A stretch of DNA of 64,000 nt from Verrucomicrobiota bacterium (GTDB lineage: Bacteria; Verrucomicrobiota; Lentisphaeria; Lentisphaerales; Lentisphaeraceae). The stretch is taken from assembly GCA_039798785.1 (NCBI GenBank), contig JBDKFG010000013.1, positions 10,207-74,206 of the forward strand. The letters are read 5' to 3'. Every line of letters begins with the position of its first letter. The first letter of the stretch is position 1. The notes under the pieces were generated by a model. It saw only the letters and a program-made list of their open reading frames with translations. It made no database searches and was not told where the DNA came from. The position numbers were made by a program, and so were the translations under genes. Below, one piece after another: positions 58,604 to 64,000 of this stretch.

Positions 58604-59007
58604 TCGAGAATTATTGCGCCCCAGCGGGGCGGCCGGCAGATAGCCCAGGGTGTAGCGACGCAGGAGCAAACCCTGGGTTGGCAGTCCAGAACGGCCGAGC
58701 CCCGGAGGGGCGTTCAGAATGGCTGGCTGTTCGGGTCTGCAAGTGGATCCAATTCAAGGTCGCTCCCCAGGACGAGGAGACTCTGGCCCGAGCCCTGGCG
58801 ACGCTCGCCGACGCCTCCTTCCACGAAGACGGTTGCCTCGGCTACGAAGCCTTCCGCTGCGGCGACGGCACCTTCGCCGTCCTCGAAAGCTGGCGCGACG
58901 AAGCGGCCTTCGAAGCCCATCGCCAGGCTCCCCACACCCAGAACTTCAAAAAAATGATCGGACTTCTTTCCATCACCAAGGAGAGCCACGACCTGCTGCC
59001 GATTTGA
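58600..59007 (+). CDS. ABM/LsrG-like cofactor-free isomerase/monooxygenase with REP-derived N-terminal extension
   Basis: SFHEDGCLGYE...ESWRDEAAFEAHRQAPH. The ATG overlaps the dhaK stop. Confidence 0.72.
   Translation: MIENYCAPAGRPADSPGCSDAGANPGLAVQNGRAPEGRSEWLAVRVCKWIQFKVAPQDEETLARALATLADASFHEDGCLGYEAFRCGDGTFAVLESWRDEAAFEAHRQAPHTQNFKKMIGLLSITKESHDLLPI
58614..58712 (+). repeat. REP-like palindromic element
   Basis: GCCCCAGCGGGGC, CCCAGGG...CCCTGGG and GCCCCGGAGGGGC hairpins. 39 nt are the exact reverse complement of 63488-63526, and the element resembles 63904-64000. Confidence 0.8.
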
Positions 59008-59039
59008 CCGCCCCACCAAACCACTAAAAACCCTTCGTT

Positions 59040-59069
59040 AATCTGTGTCAATCTGTGTGAATCTGTGGA
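59040..59069 (+). repeat. Three tandem AATCTGTG(N2) decamers
   Basis: aatctgtgtc aatctgtgtg aatctgtgga. Confidence 0.75.
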
Positions 59070-59102
59070 TCACCCCCTAAACCAACCCAAGGAACTCCCC
59101 TC

Positions 59103-60044
59103 ATGAAAACCTCCATCGGCACCTGGGCCTACAGCATCGGCCCCTACGCCAAGAAGCCCGTCGATTTCGACACCGTCTGCCAGAAGCTCGCCGCCCTCGG
59201 CTACGACGCCCTTGAGCTCGGCGCCTTCCCTCCGCATCCCAATCCCGACGACTATCCGACCAAGGAAAGCCGGCGCGAACTGGTCGAGAAGATCCACGGC
59301 TACGGCCTGGTGATCAGCGGCATCGCCGCCAACCTATGGGGTGAAAAACTCCTCAACACCGACGATCCCAGCAAGTACATCGCCGAATTCCGCAAGAACT
59401 GCGAATTCGCCGTCGATCTCGGCATCCACGGCATCCGCGTCGACACCGTCCAGCCGCCCACCATCTTTGCCGAAGTCGACTACGCCACCGCCAAGAATCG
59501 CCTCGTCTCTACCTGGAAGATTTGCGCCGACATCGCCGCCGAATACGGCCTGCAGGTGAGCTGGGAGGCCGAGCCCGGCTTCGCCTTCAACAAGCCCTCC
59601 GAGATCATGGAGATTCTCGCCGCCATTCCCAACCAGAATTTCGGCTTCCTCTACGACACCTGCCATGCCCAGATCATCAGCGTCGTCGGCGCTCGCCAGA
59701 ACGGCGTCAAAGAGACCTTCGCCTGCCAGACCCAGTTCCTCAAAATGGTCGGACCCCGCATCAACCACATCCACCTCATCGACTCCGACAACAGCTGCCA
59801 CAAGGACGCCGCCGGCAACGACGAGACCTCCGCCCACCCGCCCTTCGGCCTCGGCCTCCTGAACTTCGATGTCATCGTTCCTGAGCTTCTCAAATACCAC
59901 CCCTACAGCGCCTGGTGGACCAACGACCTGTGCTTCTGGGACAATGCCTGGGAAGCGACGGAGGTCTGCAAGACCTTCATGGATCGATTGAAGCGTAGAT
60001 ATCAGCCTGGAAATCCACAAGAAGCTGGTCGTCTCGATTCGTAA
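59103..60044 (+). CDS. Sugar phosphate isomerase/epimerase (xylose-isomerase-like TIM barrel)
   Basis: AAGGAA RBS. GYDALEL, WEAEPGF, YDTCH and HIHLID motifs. Confidence 0.85.
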   Translation: MKTSIGTWAYSIGPYAKKPVDFDTVCQKLAALGYDALELGAFPPHPNPDDYPTKESRRELVEKIHGYGLVISGIAANLWGEKLLNTDDPSKYIAEFRKNCEFAVDLGIHGIRVDTVQPPTIFAEVDYATAKNRLVSTWKICADIAAEYGLQVSWEAEPGFAFNKPSEIMEILAAIPNQNFGFLYDTCHAQIISVVGARQNGVKETFACQTQFLKMVGPRINHIHLIDSDNSCHKDAAGNDETSAHPPFGLGLLNFDVIVPELLKYHPYSAWWTNDLCFWDNAWEATEVCKTFMDRLKRRYQPGNPQEAGRLDS

Positions 60045-60126
60045 GCATTCCCTCCTTCAGTGTCCCAAATCGATTGATGCCGTGCTACACTAGCCGGCAT
60101 CAGTTTTTCCCGGAGAAATCCCCCTG

Positions 60127-62364
60127 ATGCGCAAACGAGACAGTGGTGGCGGCTGGCAGGCCGTCGCCTACACCTGGAAGAAGTCCCGCGAGGCCGGCGG
60201 CTTCTGGAAGCTCTGGAAGGCGATGCGCTCGCGCAACGCCTGCAAAACCTGCGCCCTCGGCATGGGGGGACAAAAAGGCGGCATGGTCAACGAGGCCGGT
60301 CGCTTCCCCGAGGTCTGCAAGAAGTCGCTGCAAGCCATGGCCACCGACATGCAGGGCGCCATCGCGCCGGAATTCTGGCGCAAATACACCGTGGCCCAGC
60401 TCGCCACTTTCACCCCGCGCGAACTCGAACACTGCGGACGCCTGACCCAGCCGCTCATCCACCTCCGCGGCAGCCGCCACTACGAGCCGATCTCCTGGGA
60501 ACAAGCGCTCGACCGCATCGCCAAAAAACTGCGCGACACCCCGCCTGATCGCTCCTTCTGGTACTTCAGCGGCCGCAGCTCCAACGAAGCGGGCTTCCTC
60601 CTCCAGCTCTTCGCCCGCCTCTACGGTACCAACAACGTCAACAACTGCTCCTACTTCTGCCACCAGGCCAGCGGCGTCGGCCTGACCAGCGCCATCGGCA
60701 GCGGCACCGCCACGGTCGATCTCGATGACCTGCACCAGGCCGACCTGGTCTTCCTCATCGGCGGCAACCCGGCCAGCAATCACCCGCGCCTGATGACCAG
60801 TTTGATGGAGCTGCGCCGCCGCGGCGGCAAGGTCATCGTCATCAACCCGGTGCGCGAACTCGGCTTGGTCAACTTCCGCATCCCCAGCGATGTCCGCTCC
60901 ATGCTCTTCGGCTCGGAAATCGCCAGCTCCTACCTGCAGCCGCACATCGGCGGCGACCTCGCGCTGCTCTCCGGCATCGCTAAGCAGCTCGATGAAAGCG
61001 ACAGGGAAGAAGGCCCACCACGGAGGGTGGGGCTCCCAGGAGTCGACAAGTCCTTCCTGCAAGCCAACTGCCTCGACTCGGAAGAATGGCTGACTCACCT
61101 GCGGCAGATGCCCTGGGACGAGATCGTCACCAAGTCGGGCGTCAGCCGCGCCGATATTGCGGCTACCGCAGAAACCTATCGCCAATCGAAGAACACCGTC
61201 TTCGCCTGGACCATGGGCATCACCCACCATCTGCATGGCGTCGACAATGTCCAGGCGATCACCAACCTCGCGCTGATGCGCGGCATGGTCGGACGCCGCG
61301 CCGCCGGCCTCATGCCCCTGCGCGGCCACTCCAACGTCCAGGGTCTCGGCAGCGTCGGGGTCACTCCCAAGCTTCGCGACGCCATTTTCGCTCAGCTCAG
61401 CCAGGAATACGGCCTCAAGCTGCCGACGACGCCCGGACTCGACACCCTCGCCTGCCTCGAAGGCGCGTTTCGCGGCGAACTGACCAGTGGTTTTTGCCTC
61501 GGTGGCAATCTCTTCGGCTCCAGTCCGGATTCGCGTTACGCCGCCGAAGCCCTCGGCCGCCTCGAGCAGCTCGTCTACCTGAGCACCACGCTCAACACCG
61601 GCCATGCCCAGGCGCTTGCCGAAGAGACGCTCATCCTGCCGGTGCTGGCGCGCGACGAAGAGCCGCAACGCAGCACCCAGGAATCGATGTTCAACTTCGT
61701 CCGGATCAGCGACGGCGGTCCCGCCCGTCACGCCGGCCCGCGCAGCGAAATGGAAGTCATTGCGGAGCTCGCAAAACGCATCCTCGGTGAGCAAGGCGGC
61801 GGCCTCGATTGGACCCGTCTCCGCCAAGCCGGCGCCATCCGCGACATGATCGCCAAGACGGTGCCCGGCTACGGCGCCATCGCCCAGGTCGACGCCACCC
61901 ACACCGAATTCCCGGTGGCCGGACGCGTCCTCCACGAGCCGAAATTCCCCACTCCCAGCGGCAAGGCCAAGCTCTTCCGCCACCGCCTGCCGGAGAACGC
62001 CCTCGCCACCGATCAGCTCCGCCTGATGACGGTGCGTAGCGAAGGCCAATTCAACAGCGTCGTCTACGAGGAATACGACCTCTACCGCCACCAGGACCGC
62101 CGCGACGTCATTCTCCTCCACCCCGACGACATCAGCCGCCTCGGCCTGAAGCCGGAGCAACGCGTCAGCATCAGCAGCTCCGTCGGACGGATGGACCAGA
62201 TCCTGGTCCGCTCCTTCCCCGAAATCCGCCCCGGCAACGCCCTGATGTATTACCCCGAATGCAACGTCCTGGTGCCGCGGGAGGTCGATCCGCAGTCGAG
62301 GACGCCGGCGTTTAAAAATGTGAAGCTGAAAATTGAAATGTTAAACCCAAAAAAGGTCTTATGA
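60127..62364 (+). CDS. FdhF/YdeP-family molybdopterin oxidoreductase
   Basis: CKTCA, SGRSSNEA, NNCSYFCHQAS, GNPASNHPR, RGHSNVQG and MTVRSEGQFNS. Confidence 0.92.
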   Translation: MRKRDSGGGWQAVAYTWKKSREAGGFWKLWKAMRSRNACKTCALGMGGQKGGMVNEAGRFPEVCKKSLQAMATDMQGAIAPEFWRKYTVAQLATFTPRELEHCGRLTQPLIHLRGSRHYEPISWEQALDRIAKKLRDTPPDRSFWYFSGRSSNEAGFLLQLFARLYGTNNVNNCSYFCHQASGVGLTSAIGSGTATVDLDDLHQADLVFLIGGNPASNHPRLMTSLMELRRRGGKVIVINPVRELGLVNFRIPSDVRSMLFGSEIASSYLQPHIGGDLALLSGIAKQLDESDREEGPPRRVGLPGVDKSFLQANCLDSEEWLTHLRQMPWDEIVTKSGVSRADIAATAETYRQSKNTVFAWTMGITHHLHGVDNVQAITNLALMRGMVGRRAAGLMPLRGHSNVQGLGSVGVTPKLRDAIFAQLSQEYGLKLPTTPGLDTLACLEGAFRGELTSGFCLGGNLFGSSPDSRYAAEALGRLEQLVYLSTTLNTGHAQALAEETLILPVLARDEEPQRSTQESMFNFVRISDGGPARHAGPRSEMEVIAELAKRILGEQGGGLDWTRLRQAGAIRDMIAKTVPGYGAIAQVDATHTEFPVAGRVLHEPKFPTPSGKAKLFRHRLPENALATDQLRLMTVRSEGQFNSVVYEEYDLYRHQDRRDVILLHPDDISRLGLKPEQRVSISSSVGRMDQILVRSFPEIRPGNALMYYPECNVLVPREVDPQSRTPAFKNVKLKIEMLNPKKVL

Positions 62365-63419
62365 AAAATCAAACATTTGACTCATCGCATAATAGAAATA
62401 AAAATAAATCTCAAGATCTTTGGGATGACTCCTTGCCCTGGCCATTACCGGCTGCAAGTGATGAGCTCATTAATAGATGGGAAAAACGCCACAATTTAAA
62501 ACTCCCAGAATGTCTTAAAAAATTATACAAAGTGCGAAATGGTGGATATCTAAAAAAAGGATCCATAAATGGATTAGAAAAAATTGCCGGATTGAGTGAT
62601 GATGATAACCATATTTTTGGACTAACACCTGCGAGTGATATTAAAATTGAAATAAACGAATTACATAATGGAAAATGTAAGGATTTCATTTCTGACTGCG
62701 ACAAAGTTTTCTATCTTGATGGCGATGGGCATTATCACATCGCTTTGGACTTTACATTTAATAATGACCCAGAAGTCATATATATTGAACGTGAACTTGG
62801 ACTTTCACAGCGTGTGATTTATAAAAACTGCAGCGACTTGTTGCAAAATCGTCGATTCCAAGTGAAAACCATAAATATAGGCAATGACCTTGGCTTTAAT
62901 TTTATTACAAACGACCGCAGATTACTATCCATGCATGTCTCTGATTCATTTGAATGTTTATGTCAAAAATCTTTTGATTTAATTAAAGATGATAAGAAGA
63001 AGATTTTAGTTGCATTCTATTGGCTTCGCCGTTTATCTATGGATGGAACATTGGAGAAAATTAGCTCTTTTGAGGCATCATTATTTACTGATATATTTAA
63101 AGATTTTGACGTCTCATTTTCCATTAATGATGATCCATTCCCGAAGAGTTCTAATGTCGGTTCTTGGAGAAAATTATTTATTGGTTTCATCGAAAATCCG
63201 ACCACCAAGGATGCCTTTGAGCTTCTCATTCATCATTATGCGGGAATATACGTTAGAGAATTACGCTCTTCTTTCAAGCAAATAGATATAAACGATATAA
63301 CTTATTCTAGATCAATCATTAACCCGTGTAATTCACCAGTCATGAATGGTGATATGTGGGCTGAACTATATCGAAGCATGAGATTAATTGATAATTATGA
63401 AATTAGATATGTTTTATGA
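62361..63419 (+). CDS. SMI1/KNR4 (SUKH) family protein, AT-rich and probably horizontally acquired
   Basis: PAASDELINRWEKRHNLKLPECLKKLYKVRNGG and DGDGHYHIALDF...PEVIY. Sharply AT-rich relative to flanking genes. Confidence 0.78.
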   Translation: MKNQTFDSSHNRNKNKSQDLWDDSLPWPLPAASDELINRWEKRHNLKLPECLKKLYKVRNGGYLKKGSINGLEKIAGLSDDDNHIFGLTPASDIKIEINELHNGKCKDFISDCDKVFYLDGDGHYHIALDFTFNNDPEVIYIERELGLSQRVIYKNCSDLLQNRRFQVKTINIGNDLGFNFITNDRRLLSMHVSDSFECLCQKSFDLIKDDKKKILVAFYWLRRLSMDGTLEKISSFEASLFTDIFKDFDVSFSINDDPFPKSSNVGSWRKLFIGFIENPTTKDAFELLIHHYAGIYVRELRSSFKQIDINDITYSRSIINPCNSPVMNGDMWAELYRSMRLIDNYEIRYVL

Positions 63420-63487
63420 TAGAAATTAGATTGACCTTGATTGAATACGAATGCCTGACGGCCGCGAGCCCGGGATATGAGGCGACA

Positions 63488-64000
63488 CACCCTGGGCTAT
63501 CTGCCGGCCGCCCCGCTGGGGCGCAAGCTTCGCCCTCCGGGCGATGAACCCAGCCCCCTCGATGTCTATCGATACCTTCGATAGCTATCGATGACATCGA
63601 CAGATATCGACCAAAGCCCTCTCACCTCACCCAACCGGACCCCAACCTCATGCTCCTCCTCTACCCCAGCAGCCAGATCGATCCCCGCGCCCCGGACGAG
63701 ATTTGCGCCGAAGAATCTGCGGTGGCCGCGAATCTCGGCTTGTGCGTCGCGCAGCTTTTGCCCCGCTGGGGCGCAAGCTTCGCCCTTCGGGCGATGAACC
63801 CAGACCACAACCCGCTCAATTGGCCTACCGACCGCAGCGCAGCTTGACGAAAACTCCTGGGAGCGCCGGCTGCCAGCCGGTTCCGTCGGCAGGCGAAGCC
63901 CTTGCCCCGGAGGGGCAGCCGGCGGAAAGCCCAGGGTGTAGCCCGAGGAACGAGGGCAAACCCTGGGTTCGGGTCCCCCGAAATTCAGCCCCGGAGGGGC
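63488..64000. repeat. Cluster of REP-like palindromes with a 44-bp direct repeat (63510-63553 and 63760-63803) and a TCGAT-based tandem repeat (63559-63612)
   Basis: Direct sequence comparison: the 44-bp copies differ at one base, and GCCCCGGAGGGGC occurs twice near the window end. Confidence 0.8.
63650..63759 (+). pseudogene. Possible truncated 5' gene remnant (ATP-grasp R2K-like N-terminus) cut by a REP element
   Basis: MLLLYPSSQIDPRAPDEICAEE resembles the N-termini of R2K-clade ATP-grasp proteins from recollection only. Confidence 0.3.

Noticed and set aside
60127..62364. Selenocysteine formate dehydrogenase
   Set aside because: No in-frame TGA; Cys-containing YdeP-type motif NNCSYFCH.
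63460..64000. Possible integron attC cassette array
   Set aside because: No convincing RYYYAAC/GTTRRRY core pairs and no integrase; the repeats fit REP-like hairpins better.

Overview
High-GC bacterial window, most likely PVC superphylum (inferred from the PVC-type heme-c dehydrogenase, DUF1080 and PAS-AraC genes). Positions 1-27 kb form a secreted-protein island. It holds the 5' end of a divergent cadherin-like/CSPG-repeat gene that the ORF track missed, a 6096-aa adhesin built from four homologous FG-GAP super-modules, a 2570-aa VCBS-repeat protein ending in a serralysin-type protease and RTX tail, and a small DUF3467-like gene. Each of the four adhesin modules ends in what looks like an internal copy of a type I secretion C-terminal domain. 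Next come a tandem, degenerate double-PilT protein, a BtuF-like binding protein and a TIGR01777 epimerase. GH95 and GH29 fucosidases follow, with a duplicated GH95 3' end bracketing an apparently inserted segment. An assimilatory nitrate/nitrite cluster (narK, HAD-IIA, nirB, nirD, nasA-diaphorase fusion, rubredoxin protein) is interrupted by a RelE/ParE toxin-antitoxin pair. A sugar-catabolic locus carries LsrF, an LsrG-like protein, DhaK/DhaL, an aldolase-SDR fusion and two TIM-barrel isomerases, but no LsrK or Lsr transporter. The window ends with a YdeP-like molybdoenzyme, an AT-rich SMI1/KNR4 gene and a cluster of REP-like palindromes; related elements also sit in frame inside two coding sequences. 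No rRNA, tRNA, CRISPR array or transposase was seen. All family calls come from motif recognition by eye, not from database searches.
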